This document shows, one piece after another, positions 43,401 to 56,379 of a DNA stretch of 64,000 nucleotides (the stretch's first letter is position 1; every line of letters begins with the position of its first letter). Location of the stretch: contig CM082588.2 of assembly GCA_040954595.2 (NCBI GenBank), positions 5,406,202-5,470,201 on the forward strand, written 5' to 3'. Under the pieces are notes generated by a model. The model made no database searches, had not been told where the DNA came from, and saw nothing but the letters and a program-made list of their open reading frames with translations. The translations under genes and the position numbers were made by a program. The DNA comes from Balanoglossus misakiensis (taxonomy: Eukaryota > Animalia > Hemichordata).

Positions 43401-44532
43401 TTATATGCTAACACATGTACACTGGGCAATACATTTATGCAAGAATTACCTGTACATATGTCATGAAGACATATTTTTTGCAAAGACATTATACCTCGCA
43501 TTAAAAACACACCCTATGTATAACACACATCAATGAACCAGCAGGAGAATTAATTATGATCAAAATACGATCAATAAACTTATACAGAAAACCACCAGCA
43601 AAGTAAGGTCTTTTGTAATTGAATTATACCCTGTATCTTTCACGTTTATTCAGCGCTGACATCCAACCCACTTCCAGGGGTTATTTTTAGAACGGAAAAT
43701 TAAAATTACATATGTTTTATTCATTGATTTTTGTGTGGACTCAAATCATGCGATAAGACTGCAACTCCCCTTGGAAAAATATTTGTGTACAATCTACTTC
43801 TGGTTAGCACTTAACGTTGGCAACTCAACAGACACAATATTTCACTTTAAACGCATGTTCTGGTAGCATTAGCCAGGTTTTGAAATAACAAACTGCTTGG
43901 TTGGCAAGCACAGAAGTGTTTTATTGCGTGTGTGTGACATGACCACATTCCTCCAGTGGCTTGGAATGTTTAGAAAATTTATCATTCCGGTCAATTTATT
44001 AGCTGGAAAATTTTTCTAACAGTATTCTTCCTGATGTACCCAGCTGTAAGGTTTGGAAGAAATGCCACCGTTTCTCGAAAACCAGAATTATAAATAACCA
44101 GACAATAATATTTACATTTTTTCGTTGGCAAGGTTTCCCCTACTGAGAAATTCCAAATTCCAGACAAAAATACACTGAGATTTAAACCATTCACAGTATT
44201 TATCTGGATAAAATGTCTTGTTTTTCAGCAGTCGGTGATAAAATTCTGGAATTACACAGTATAGAGATGAATGTAATTGCAACGAAAACAATTGATTTAT
44301 GAGATACAGCTCTGACAAGCAGAAATAATAAGCAATTATGTCAGTGATTTCTCAAACATTATTCTCGTCTCTGTAATAAAAGATGAAGAATGAAAATTGA
44401 TGCATATCGATGGGGAGATGAATGCGGGGCATTTGATGATCAGTGAAGAAATCTTTTCAGACTAACACATAGATAGAACAGATGTGGGTGTACTAAACTT
44501 GCCTTGAGGAAGCTGAGACTGGCTTTGCTTAA

Positions 44533-45184
44533 AGGGACAAAGTCTCTCTCTCACTCTTCTTTTCCCCTTTATTATGTTTGATTCACTACACTGTTTATGC
44601 TAATGCACATGTGGATATAAGTGAATCAACATTCAACCATCACGTTTGTAGGATATGAGAGTAAAAATCACGCCAAAATGAATAAATGGTAAACACCGAA
44701 TATTCATTTTGCTCTCGTGTCTACAAGTGGGATGGAAGGTGTGTGTGGTTGAACTATGAGTAAAATTTCTCCATAATGTTTACCATAGAGATTTTCAAAG
44801 TCACTAAATTTGGCGGCCATTTTGAATGCCATAGACTAAGCACAGATATAGGCGGCCATTTTGAACCTCAAATTTGGCGGCCATTTTGAAAGTCTTAATT
44901 TTAAGACAATTTTGAAAAGACCCCCCTCCCCCCGAATTTAATGAGTAAATGAAGAATTATTTTCGGCAATAAATGAATAATCTAAAGTAGCCAAAAATGA
45001 ATAATCAGTGTTTACCATTTTTCATTTGGGCGAGATTTTTACTCTCACATATGCAGGATGGAAGTTGTTTGTGGTTGAACGTTGATTCACTATATACATG
45101 TATTCACGTGTACTTAACATCAATGGTGTCTTGTATCAAACATACTTAATGGGACAAGGGCAGCAAGAGAGAGACTTTGTCCTT
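44533..45184. mobile_element. TTAA-flanked fold-back MITE (Kolobok-like), 652 bp, family B
   Basis: TTAA|AGGGACAAAGTCTCTCTCT ... AGAGAGAGACTTTGTCCTT|TTAA. Long imperfect subterminal IR (44610-44712 vs ~44990-45100). Three GGCGGCCATTTTGAA copies in the centre. Confidence 0.8.
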
Positions 45185-48100
45185 TTAATATTTAACCCTT
45201 TCACCACTATGGTTTGGTCCAAATATATTATTTTCTATGGTAAAGTGGACCTCTATGCAGGAAACAGGGGGTGCAGGATTAAGATTCGAGTATCATGATA
45301 CAGGCATTCAAGAAGCCAGCGAGGAGGGTATGAAAGATTCTATATCTGAGCCAACCATCCCCAAGAAACCACTTTCAGACTGCTCTAACTTACAATGTAA
45401 ATCTCATCATCTCACCCAATTGTCTACCCTCCATGGAATTTTAAGAACTTCTCCCACTAATCCATTTATACATTCTTGCATTCTTCTTTTTAACACACTG
45501 CTCTCATCCCCGATCATTTCATTGTTTTGGTTAAAGCTGCAATTGCCCCTTGCATTGTCAGCAGAATAAAAGGTATTAACATCTTTTACGATCGCTCAGA
45601 CTAAACCCCTAACCACGAAAACCACACTATTGTGAGTTTGTCAGGAAATACAATTGGCTGGTGTACAAAAATTCTGATCTTCTAGTCAATGGCGAAATCT
45701 GTCCTTATTTAATCTTTTCAACTGGAATTGCAATCAGGTTGTTGAATGGTTGGAATACTGTGGCCCTCCCGAAACCATGATTTGGGATAGCCCCATTGTT
45801 GTCAATGGCAGGGTTGGACCAATACACCAGGGAAGGGGGATGATGTGTTAAAAACACATTGGGTGAAAGAAAACTGAACAGCCTATGTAGTCTTGAGTGA
45901 CAGAGAAAATTATGAGCTGAAATTGCTGCAGAAATAGTTTTATCACGCCACTGCATGAAAATTGCCATTCCCAGGTGACTTGGACAAGATGGAAAATTCT
46001 GTTATCCTGGAAATGAATTTAATCTCCGGCTGCAAAACTGCATCATCCCTGCAGATATATTGAATAAGCCCAAGTAGCCCTGCCAGATAAACATCTCAGC
46101 GTCTACGATAAACCGAGATAGATTTGTAATTTTTCACTATTACCCTTACCCTACTTAAGCATTCATCACGAATAATCCCTTTTGGTTCAGTAATGATACG
46201 CAATCGCGGGGAGCTTTTTGAGTAACGATCCGACACCAACTGATGCAGCTGGCTGTTCCGATTTTTCCCGATGCATAAAGTACCCCGGATTGAGTAATCC
46301 ATTACTTTGGCAAATTTATCACTTTTTAGTGGATTGCCTTTGTGACAAATTGCCCACGGATGACGTGGGTTTTATCAATTTTATGTCGTTCGGGTGCTTC
46401 GTATGCTGTTACATGTACTTGACAACGATTGATGAATACCCTGGGTTTTACTGCTTTGCTTTTCTCTGAAATCATATTATCCCGTGAAATGAATGAAACA
46501 CACTGAGGATTAGACTTGAGTGCAGTCACAGAATTTATACAAATCTTTACGAAAACTGATCATCATTTTTATGATTCATTGAAGTGTTATTTTTCATGTC
46601 CAAAATTTGTCCTTGTACATACTTCAGGCCTAATTCTAAAGGACTGAAAAATTACTCATCAAAAATTTATGACAGAATAACAATTTTTTATACATAATAC
46701 AGCGAACAAGACACTTAATTCAGAATATCACAAGAAACAAATTTTCCCCTAAAATTCGTGAAATTTCATCAAATTTCATAACCAGCACAACATCTGACCA
46801 TGTTGCTATTTCATCTGCCTTTGTGATGCTAATGATATGTAAATTTATGAGGCTACCAGTAATACCAATGTAGCCACTATTGTTTTCATTCCATAGTCAT
46901 TCCATTCTATTAGCCACTGAGGCGTGATGCTGCAAACGCAATATCAAAGTACATTACTTGTCCCATAAATTTGGAGGTCAAAGAGAACATGGTGTACATC
47001 GTGTTTATCATCCTCTTTCACAAACTGAAAGAGACACCATACGGCTACAAAAATTGAAATTAATGTCGATGCTTCCCTCGTACGCGACGTCGGCAAGCGG
47101 CTTAGCGACCCGCCCAATCTACGAGGTCACCTCCTTCAGATCACAAAAGTGTGCTCCCTTAGATTAGCACCCTGGTTACCATAGTAACTGTTGGCAACAA
47201 CTCACTTGATTGGGCAATCTCTTGCAAGTTGCTACACTATAAAAATGTAAGCCCCACTTTCTGTAGCATATTCACTAATGCGCCCAAATGAAGATTAAAC
47301 TATTCAAATGTCATGCTTGCATAGACTGTTAAATTTAATGCACCATGCATGCATCACAATAACTTTTTACAGTATAGTGTTGGCTCTGGTTACATGCACT
47401 CATAGTATTGGCATTCATCATTGGACATAAATCCTGTATGGGGCAACCAATATTTTTATCAGGGGGGGTCAGGGTTTGAAGAGACACAAAATGTAACTGA
47501 CACTGTGACAGTGAAGATTAAAAAATCAATGTATCAAAAATTACATAACACTTTCATTAACTGCTAACGCATCTACCATCAAACCTCCCCATTATTATGA
47601 CACGCACCCAACAACCCCCCCCCCCCAGCATCGCATAGGATCGCACCCTGATTCTATATTTGGTAAAACTGTGATCCGAACATGTAAACAAGTCTCTTTA
47701 TTTCATGTTTTATTTCACTTGGCAAAAGTAACTATCGTAATAAACCGGTACACTAATTATTGTACTACAATGCTAATACGCTAAGAAATCGATACACGAT
47801 GGGTGGTTATAATTTTCACTGAAAACCTACTGGCACCACTTGTCCAGTTTCTGTCTTCGACACGCTCCTGCCCAGTTTGGAAATGAATACTTTTGCACCC
47901 ATAATGAACTATAAAACGCGCTGATATTATTGCGCTATCAAATTTCATTTCCTGCGTCTCCGAATTCTTTTTCCCATGACACGGAAAATTGGAAGAACTC
48001 AGAGAGCTGGCCGTTGGCCAACTTCGGTATTTTGTACAAGGGGACAAAATACGGGGATGTTTCTTCACTATGTTGTTTTTACGCATGACCACAACACGTG

Positions 48101-48723
48101 TAGATAAACGCAGCGCGCAGCGTGTGTGTACGTTTCTGTTGTCGATTTCAGACGCAGCCGCGGCGCAACCACAGATTTCTGCGTTTGATTGAAGGAGCAA
48201 CTGGTCCTGCACGCCTTTATGACGTGCAGTACAGTCCACTCGTTGTGTTTATTGTATTATTTGCGAGTGACCCCTTCGGCAGTGGCTTGTGCAGTCGCCT
48301 GACCTTCCCAGCTGGGCTGGCAGCAGCGCTCTGCAAAGTGATATCCCCCTGTTGGAAAACACTGGCCGCGCGCGCACACGGCAACCGAACACCCCGGCTA
48401 CCTACCACGTCTGCTACGCGCCGCCCCAGCTGGGGTCTGCTGCAGCGAGCTCCCCCAGCTCGACCTTCACAGAGCTACTGGGCTCAGTTGACATCCCGAA
48501 GTGACGCCAATGATATCACCGGACAAATATTTTTCCCCACACTGAAATCCCACGTAATTTTACGCAACGCGCCGGTGTTTTACAAACCAAAACATTCCAT
48601 TTTTAAGATTGACTGCTCCCATACCTTCACACATGATGCAGTGCGGTCGATGCCACTTTCTTATTGAGTCTGACACCTACAATAAGAAAGTTTTCACACC
48701 GCATAAGTAATGAGTGAACCTAC

Positions 48724-49161
48724 CGACAGTGAGTACGGAAACGCACTTAAATTTATCCCTTCAGCCAGCAATTTGTCCCTGATCATCATTCGAAGTTGCA
48801 ATTTGGGGAATGTAATCCGATCGGATTTGGAACTATCCTCCTGTTCACAGTCGAGGCAGCAATCATAGTTGTTATCAAGCAGCTCGCCGTTACCTTTCTG
48901 GCGATCAGAGTCCGAGTCGTATAAATTTTCCGTCTGTTCTAGCGTAAAATACACGTGCGTTCCCCCTTCCTCCCGTAGTCTGGAGACGGCGCTTAATATA
49001 GCTCTCCGGTGAGAGGCGGTCTCAACCCCGATCGCATCCAGGTCGGGCTCGCCAACTTGTTTGCAGATCTCCAAATCGTCGTAGCCGTTGTCGATGAACG
49101 ATTCCGCGTACTGCAGCAGGTCCATGGATCGCAGCCACTCCTCGACAATGTTGCCTGCCAT
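48724..49161 (-). CDS. SAMD5: SAMD5-like SAM-domain protein, first coding exon (146 aa); possibly the N-terminus of a longer SAMD5/SASH1-type protein
   Basis: Translation [46 protein letters not shown]...HRRAILSAVSRLREE...VYFTLE...FPKLQLRMMIRDKLLAEGINLSAFPYS closely resembles SAMD5 as I recall it ([51 protein letters not shown]). ATG at 49161 in GCGATGG context. Similarity ends at a phase-0 donor TCG|GTAGGT (intron starts 48723). Confidence 0.9.
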
Positions 49162-49329
49162 CGCGAAAAAGCACTGTCCCCCAAGCACGACTGTCACCGT
49201 GTGATTTTACCTCATATTCGACCGAATTCCTCGTCGGAACATTGCCAGCAAACTTCACACTTAAAGATTTTTTAACAGGGAACGACAGTATCTATCTCGA
49301 ACAACGCTTGCGCACTTGTATTCAATCCG

Positions 49330-49363
49330 TGACGTCATTGTTTGGGATTCCCTGTCATTGGCT
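49330..49363 (-). promoter_or_regulatory. Probable SAMD5-like proximal promoter: CRE, kB-like site, CCAAT box
   Basis: TGACGTCA at 49330-49337, GGGATTCCC at 49344-49352 and a minus-strand CCAAT at 49357-49361, all 170-200 bp upstream of the ATG. Motif matches only. Confidence 0.5.
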
Positions 49364-51526
49364 ATACTCAGCAAGTTCACAACTCGTGCCAATTTTTGAA
49401 ATTCTATCTTTTCCACATCCTGGAGACAATATCCAAACAATATTGTTCTGACTTCCTGTCACAAAAATATTGAATTTATCATATCATGGACGCAGGAAAC
49501 ACGGAGTTTCGCGAACAATGACACATTAATCATTAATCAACTAACATGGTTCGAGGTACGCAAAGGTTGAAACCACGAAATTTACCGTCGTTCCGCCCCC
49601 CACACGCCCCCACTGATATCTGGCAGTAAATTTCTTTTTCGCGGAACGAACGTTTCTTCATCGCCTAAACATTTATCTTTTATGTCTGTTTGAAACGTAG
49701 TTTGCTTTTGCGATTTTTGTTTCGTTTTGTTTATAACCCGCTAGTCTGAAACCATGACTGCGACAAATTATGAAATCACGTTTTATGGCATTTTCGGTGA
49801 ATTGCGCGATCATGAGCATTACGCTCTTTAACATTTTTTCCAGTTGAAAGCAAAATTATTTGCGGTGAAACAGTATTTGTGCAAGATAATTATGTTGGTA
49901 ACGAACCATATATATAAACTTTAAGCAATTTTTCAGGTGTTTCACCACCGCAGAATTTCGGAAACATGAGCGAAGAACGGACGATTTTGTCTAGGCTATG
50001 TGGTTAATTTTTGGTGATTGTCGACGTCGCCGAAAGTGCGTGCAAAGTACCTGCCCGTTCGACTCCTTAGGAATGAAATGTTTTGTCATTAGTAACATTT
50101 TCGAGGATATAATTAATACAAAAAAATCGCTGTGGACGTCCGAAATTATTAGACAGATATTGCGACCACCAAATCTACAAAGTTATTTTGGCCGAAAACG
50201 TCAGTGCGAAATGTACGTACAGCTGGCGAATGTTTGTCAAAAAAGGTTTAGCTAGGGTTGAGAGTCTGCATTCTACTGAATTAAATATACGGTAGGTCCC
50301 GGCTGAACTTCAATGATTAGAAAATTCTACGAAGGAGCCCGGGTTCTGTTATAAAAGAGAAGTGTCGACGTACGTGTCGCGGCCTCTTTCGTTTCTGTGG
50401 CCACTGAGAGTTCATGGACGGTCAGGGAACATGAGATGCAGAGTGTGGACGGACCCTGGGAGCCGATGTTATGTGAAGAACAACTGACATCTCAGCACTT
50501 TGAGTACCGGATATACTAGAATAGGCCCATAAAATCAGGAAAAAGCAGAAACAAGAGCGACAATGACCTAATTTTTCGTTCACAATGTTCGCAAATTAAT
50601 AGAAGCAAATAATTCTCACATTTGAAGCGGCCAGTGTACACATCCTAATGAAGTAATTAAAGTCACCGCGGCCTCTCGAGTAAATGATACCGCTGTGTCG
50701 TTTCCGCTGTTTCATCGAATTAATTACGCAATGTGAAAGTGGGGCAAAAATCGATTTGCAGCATTAATTGATTTCCACGCCTTCTCGGCTGATTTCATCT
50801 TGATTGCAAGCTGAACTGCGACCGGGGCCGGAGATCAGTGCATCGGGCCGCAATTTTCTCGTCTTTCGCGTTAAGTTTAATTAAGCATAAATGTTTAGGG
50901 CTTTTGTTCTTGAACTTTTCAGCTCACGCTATCCTCATTTACCTAACTGCAAACTCATCACGTATCGCCAGCGCTCATTTTCTATTTCTGATAGTTCCAT
51001 TTGCGGTTTTTATGAATACCAGTGCGCGTATTGCTTTGCGCACACGCGTACAAAAATCGAAAAAAAAATGCCTTGTCCTATACAAGATGACTTTTCACTG
51101 GGTTGGCAAGCATTATTTACAATATTAAAGTTTGGAGTCCAAGACCGATTTTTATTTTTTTTCGTGAGTCCCTCTCTTTAAAAAAATCACGTCGGTCTGG
51201 ATTCCAGATTACGAAGATTAGGCCCTATATTCTTCCACTTCTCACGCAGGAGAAACGAGCGCGCTCATCAATGAAAGTTTACTCGAAAAGTGGCTATGGC
51301 GACTGACGTTTCTGACTCAAAATCGCTCAACAGATCAAAATTTACCTCTACAATACAACAAAATAATCCGAAAAGCTAATTATCCTACTTTGGTTGCATA
51401 TGCGCAGGGTAGCCGCTGTACGGTACACGAAAGAAGTTTGCTCAAAAAATGTTGGTGGCGTCATTTACCCCCAACACTGCCGGTATGTCAATGATGTCAT
51501 TTAATACAATGCTATTTGCCAAATCT

Positions 51527-52105
51527 TCGTTGGTGGCGACATTAAAAATTTCCTATCAGAGGATCCGTCAGCGTATTTCAGAACTGCCTAAATTCGTTGA
51601 CCTTCCCCAAAGTAAGCTTAGAACCAACAGGTGAAAACTGTCTGGCAATGTAATTTAAATGTCTGACTTTGCGGTGAACCTGGGCTATTCTGATTGGCCG
51701 ATTACTTTCTACACATCTGAACCAGGTACACCACAGCGCTTGTGATTGGTCAGTTACGTTCTGCTCTCTTGAAAGTAGAGGCACCAGACAAGTTTGTTGA
51801 CCAGGCCTATAAAGTTTGTCCCCATCTCTGACCTTTCTCTGACCAACGCAGCAGACGACAAGAAAAATTATCTGAGCAAAAGTCGTTTGAGGAAGGTTGC
51901 TCACCTATTTTCTCTCGCTTTCGTGTAAGGCAGCTTTTACTTTAAAAACCTACTCTCCACATATTCTTTCAGTATTAATTTCAATACCCGCTGTTGGTGG
52001 CGAAATAAACAATTTCAGAAAAGATCTTGACCTGCGTATAGTCTCAATCATTGACCTTCCAAAGGACCTCTGAACTAACAGGTGCAAATAGTCTGCCAAT
52101 GTAGT
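51527..52105. repeat. Diverged ~115-130-bp direct repeat pair (51527-51655, 51991-52105)
   Basis: Both copies have GTTGGTGGCGA..A.AATTTC ... TTGACCTTCC..AAAG ... GAAC(C/T)AACAGGTG.AAA..GTCTG.CAATGTA. Confidence 0.7.
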
Positions 52106-52923
52106 GTTTATTCATATATATTTAAATCAAGTAGGGCACTACTTAATTCATTACAGAATTAGGTCGCTACTTAATTAAACATGAGGTAATTAAGTAAATG
52201 GCCTGTGAAGGTATTTGTCAAACCAAAATGAGTGTTAAAAGTTAGGGACTTTGGCCTTTAACACTCAGACTGTGAATCTGGTGAACAAAAATAATGTAAA
52301 GAAGTTCGTTCTCAGTCTAAAGTTTTTGAAAAACATTCATGAGGATTTTATTGGTGAATGAATACATAAAAGTAACAAAATACAGAATGAACTCTCTCTC
52401 TTGAGCAACATAACACTTCTGAAGCCCCCCCCCCCCCCCTCCCAAAGTCTTCCTTGTGCGCTAGTTCTGGTACTCTGCCCTTGCACTAAAATATCAGGCA
52501 TTGCAAAATATATTTCTAGTCACATCTCTAAGAAATTTGTCATTAATAATTCTAGCACAAGGGGATACAACCCCTTTACAGAACATTTCCTTGCTAACAC
52601 CCTAAGACCATCACCATAGTAAAATTCTGGCACCTAAACACAAGACATGCATTCAAGCATGTATCAAGCTTGAAATTGGTAGGCCAATGGTTGCACTGGC
52701 TACTGGCCATTACATACATACAAAGTACATGTACATCAGAGCATAAGTATAATAACCAGATTGTGATGTTACAGTTCCACCCACCCATCCCCACCATGTG
52801 GATGGGTACACCCTCACTACATGTATAGAGATGCCAATGGTAGTTAGACCAGAGGTCACCACTACCACGGTTGGTCAATAACAACTCAAATGTCATCGGT
52901 CCAACTTGCAAAAAACTTGTTCG

Positions 52924-53542
52924 TTATTCATACATGGCGGCATACGCTTCCTGCCCCATCTTGATGTACGCCTCCTTCTCCGCGGGCGTCATCTTCGCCA
53001 CCATTTCATCGGTGACTTCATCCAGCGGGATTTTCGTGTTGCCGATAGTGACCATCAACTCCTCTTCATCATCATCCTCATCGCTGTCGGCGTCCATCAT
53101 CGTGCTCGTCGATGGCTTGGCAGACTGGATCATCTTGAAAGGATCTTCTTGGGAATCGCTCGAGTCGCTGTCATCACTGTCACCGCCGGCGCCCGGAAAG
53201 CCTGGGTTAAACCCGGCAGCTGGATTCATGCCACCTTTTCGCTCGTGAGCCAACAGCGCGCGCATGATCTCCTCGCGGTCCTGTGTCGTCTTGCCGGCCT
53301 GCGCACCCGTCGAAGTGCCTGCGGACGCTCCCATGGTCTGCGTCTGTGACTCTGTTATAGCGCCCTCTACAGTGCTCTCTGTCATCCAGACCGGCCTCTC
53401 CTTGGCGACAGTCTCTTTCACAGTCTTTTTGTTATCTCCCTTCATGTCTATGGTGACAGTCTGATCGTACAGGTCATACCCCTTGTTCCTGGTCGCCTCC
53501 CCACTCCAAATATCTCTGTTTTCTTTCGGACGTACATTGTGT
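52924..53542 (-). CDS. GTF2E1: General transcription factor IIE subunit alpha, coding exon 2 (acidic C-terminus, stop)
   Basis: Acceptor tttatttctcag joins in frame (AG+A = Arg). Motifs WSGEATR, KERPVWMTESTV, EEIMRALLAHE, an acidic tract, and VAKMTPAEKEAYI. Spliced CDS is 668+619 = 1287 nt = 428 aa. Confidence 0.95.
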
Positions 53543-53809
53543 CTGAGAAATAAACAGAACAAAAATGATAAATCATAAAGTCAATCCAAAGCTACTTGAC
53601 AATAGCCTGATGGTTATGCACTGTTTTTGTGAGTAGGACTGTGCAGTGAGGGTGAATGCAACTTACCAATTTTATCATGAGGATTTAGAATTACTAGGGG
53701 GATTTTAAATGACACCGCACATTGAATTGCAGAAATTTTACAGGTGTTCCCAAATTATTTACCCATTTTCTAAACCTTCGCAAGGACACCGAGAAACAAA
53801 ACACTGTAC

Positions 53810-54477
53810 CTGCTCATCATGTCTCGATTCAACACAGACATTGGTTCCGGCTCCAGTACTTCTGGCGCTAATTTGATATCCTCCGTCTCCCTCAACAGAT
53901 CGTAGACGGGCTGCATCACTTCGTTGAAGCGCGCCATCTGTGTTCGCGAGTCCTTCTTGGGCACGGTGCTCTCGTCCTCCTCCACGATCGACTGGCAGTA
54001 CGTGCATCTCATTTCGCCGGTGAACGGGTCGTACAGGTCTTTGGCATCAAAGTCGTTGAACGCCTTCTGGCAGGTGGGGCACTTGAACGACGCTTTGCAA
54101 CTGGAGTCCCTCTCCTCGGTTTCCAGTTTCTGTCGCATGCGGTCCAGTTTGTACTTCACGACGTTCACCAAGACTTTGTAGTTGATGAAATAGTAATTGT
54201 GCCTGTTTGTCCTTCCGTCTGCCTGTGTCTCCACCCGCATCCTCTGCTTGATAAATTTGTCATTTTTCAGGTGGTTCAAAATACTCCGCAGTTGTTTCTT
54301 GTCAAATTTCAGTAGCTCCCCAAGTTCCTCCTCTTTGACGCAAGGGTTGACAATCAATATATCAATGACCAGCGCTGACTCCACACCATAAAATCCCCTC
54401 ACAATGTACTTGGCAAGTTTTTTCAACTCGCTTGGAACTGAAGTCAGTAGCTCTGGCTCAGCTGGTAAAGTAGACAT
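53810..54477 (-). CDS. GTF2E1: General transcription factor IIE subunit alpha, coding exon 1
   Basis: Winged-helix N-terminus ([14 protein letters not shown]...[20 protein letters not shown]...[21 protein letters not shown]) and zinc ribbon CPTC...CTYC. Acceptor ttacag upstream (exon starts 54497). Phase-2 donor AG|GTACAG, intron from 53809. Confidence 0.96.
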
Positions 54478-54740
54478 GGTGCCTTGAATTCAGTATCCTG
54501 TAACAGAAAGGTTCCTCATTATAAGACAATCGACAAAGCACATGACCATTGCAATGATTGTAGCGGGTGCTGTTAGGTTGACAATCATTGCAGCTATGAT
54601 ATCAATGTAATCAGTGTCACCACAATCTGGTTTTGCAGACAGACATACATGTACGTAAACATACATGTACACTGTACACTACAGTAAAGTAACCGAACAA
54701 TGACTTGACGCAGAAGTACCGGTATATGGCACAAAATTAC

Positions 54741-55121
54741 CTTGTTTGATCAATAATCCAAGGAAAAATGACCGAAATGGTGTTGATGCGACAATGGGAA
54801 CTCAACTGCCTATGGTATCGACAGGAATCATTATTTATCACACTGTTTTCTTCCTCCTAAACCATCAACATGATCAAGTTGCACATTTCAGCAAACGTCT
54901 GAGCTCAGGTCAACTAATAAACTTCCGGGTCAAATAAGCGTGTGTGTTTTTAATTTATTTAAAAAGAAAAAACACCCTTCTCATTTTCTTGATTTAGTAT
55001 AAAAACACAAAAATGGTATGGAATATCAGTTGAAGTGTTGATCTTGCCTAAACCTCAACAAATAGATTTCTTTTTTACCCACAATTCACACCCACAATTC
55101 TTTGCAGCAGACGATTCCAAA
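54741..55121. promoter_or_regulatory. Bidirectional promoter region GTF2E1/RABL3, including a probable non-coding first exon of GTF2E1
   Basis: Minus-strand donor AAG|GTAATT with intron from 54740. ETS-type ACTTCCGG at 54921-54928. Tandem CCCACAATTC (Staf/ZNF143-like) at 55078-55106. YY1-like CAAAATGGC overlapping the RABL3 ATG. The two ATGs are 645 bp apart and divergent. Confidence 0.65.
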
Positions 55122-55173
55122 ATGGCCTCGATTGATATTGACAAAGTTAGGATCGTTGTGGTTGGTGACTCAG
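55122..55173 (+). CDS. RABL3: Rab-like protein 3, exon 1
   Basis: MASIDIDKVRIVVVGDS-G, phase-1 donor CAG|GTGAG; start of the P-loop. Confidence 0.92.
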
Positions 55174-55636
55174 GTGAGCAACTTACTGATCTCGAGATGG
55201 ATTTGATGATCGGAATACACTCGACATTGATCCGTGGCCAGATTTCTCATAAGATCTGTTTCCGTTGAAGCGCACAACTTAGTAATTCTGGTAACTGACA
55301 AGCCCCCATGCAATGCAATGGCAATGCAATGTACACGTCACTTGTCAGTTTCGTACGTGCAATGTGTGTGAGCCTTATGATCTCCTGTTTACAACGTGTA
55401 CAGTGATGTATATACGTATTTAATCCCTTTACAAGAGATTTGACAGCAGCTGGACTGTCAAAATGATGTTGATTGTATGCCTTTGTGCATGCAAGGAAAT
55501 AAACGTCTATATAATCATTCGGTAAATTTATATTGGAGTTAGTGGATACAGTATCATGTTTAATATTTTTTGGTTATTTCCACCAAGGGGATATTTTTCC
55601 TTCTGTCACTTTTCATATTCATTCTCTTTTTTGCAG

Positions 55637-55728
55637 GTGTTGGTAAATCTTCATTAGTTCATTTAATATGTCACGGTGAGCCCATAGCGAATGCGTCATG
55701 GACGATAGGAGCTGCTGTTGATGTCAAG
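55637..55728 (+). CDS. RABL3: Rab-like protein 3, exon 2
   Basis: Acceptor ttttttgcag; (G)[30 protein letters not shown] completes GDSGVGKS; donor AAG|GTAGCT. Confidence 0.93.
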
Positions 55729-55885
55729 GTAGCTAGAAATGATCTAAAGAATAAGCTTGTAAATTACAAAATGATTACAACCTTTAAATGTGTAATGTAT
55801 CACTTTATTGACCCTAAAACGTTTTTAAGTAAGTAAGTGATATATTTCTGAATCCAGTGTAAAAACAGTCATATTCTAATTGTAG

Positions 55886-56003
55886 GTGCATGAGTATAAA
55901 GAAGGAACACCATCACAGAAAACACATTTTATAGAATTCTGGGATGTTGGCGGTTCCGCAAACCATATAAAAAGTAGGCATATATTTTACACCCCTGTAC
56001 ATG
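55886..56003 (+). CDS. RABL3: Rab-like protein 3, exon 3
   Basis: [40 protein letters not shown] with G3 motif WDVGG; acceptor ttgtag, donor ATG|GTAAGC. Confidence 0.93.
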
Positions 56004-56124
56004 GTAAGCAATTTTATATTACTTTTGATATTGTTATGTTTTGACACACAAATGTTTCTTAAGATTGTTTAGTTTTCCAAAGATATATGGTAAACTTATC
56101 ACCCACTGTACTTTTTTTTATCAG

Positions 56125-56236
56125 GGCTTATATTAGTTCATGATTTAACAAATCGAAAGTCACATCTCAATCTACGTAAGTGGTTAGCTGAAGTTCTTAA
56201 CAAAGATGCAAACGGAATAAAATCAGGAACAAATGG
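56125..56236 (+). CDS. RABL3: Rab-like protein 3, exon 4
   Basis: (G)[37 protein letters not shown]; acceptor ttttatcag, donor TGG|GTAAGT. Confidence 0.93.
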
Positions 56237-56379
56237 GTAAGTGCTATATTGGTGTTAGTAATCATAATTTTCTTTTTGCAGATTTTTTTTCCCATTGTAA
56301 AACAGTTTAATTAGCAATATTATTCAATTTAGTGACATTACATCCTTAAAGGAGTGTTATTTTGTTTCTGTGATTTCAG

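Noticed and set aside
47781-48667. Overlapping 150-180 aa ORFs next to the SAMD5 exon
   Set aside because: Explained by the locally GC/CpG-rich start of the intron; no recognisable protein.
52871-54391. Plus-strand and alternate-frame ORFs over GTF2E1
   Set aside because: Antisense or frame shadows of GC-rich coding exons.
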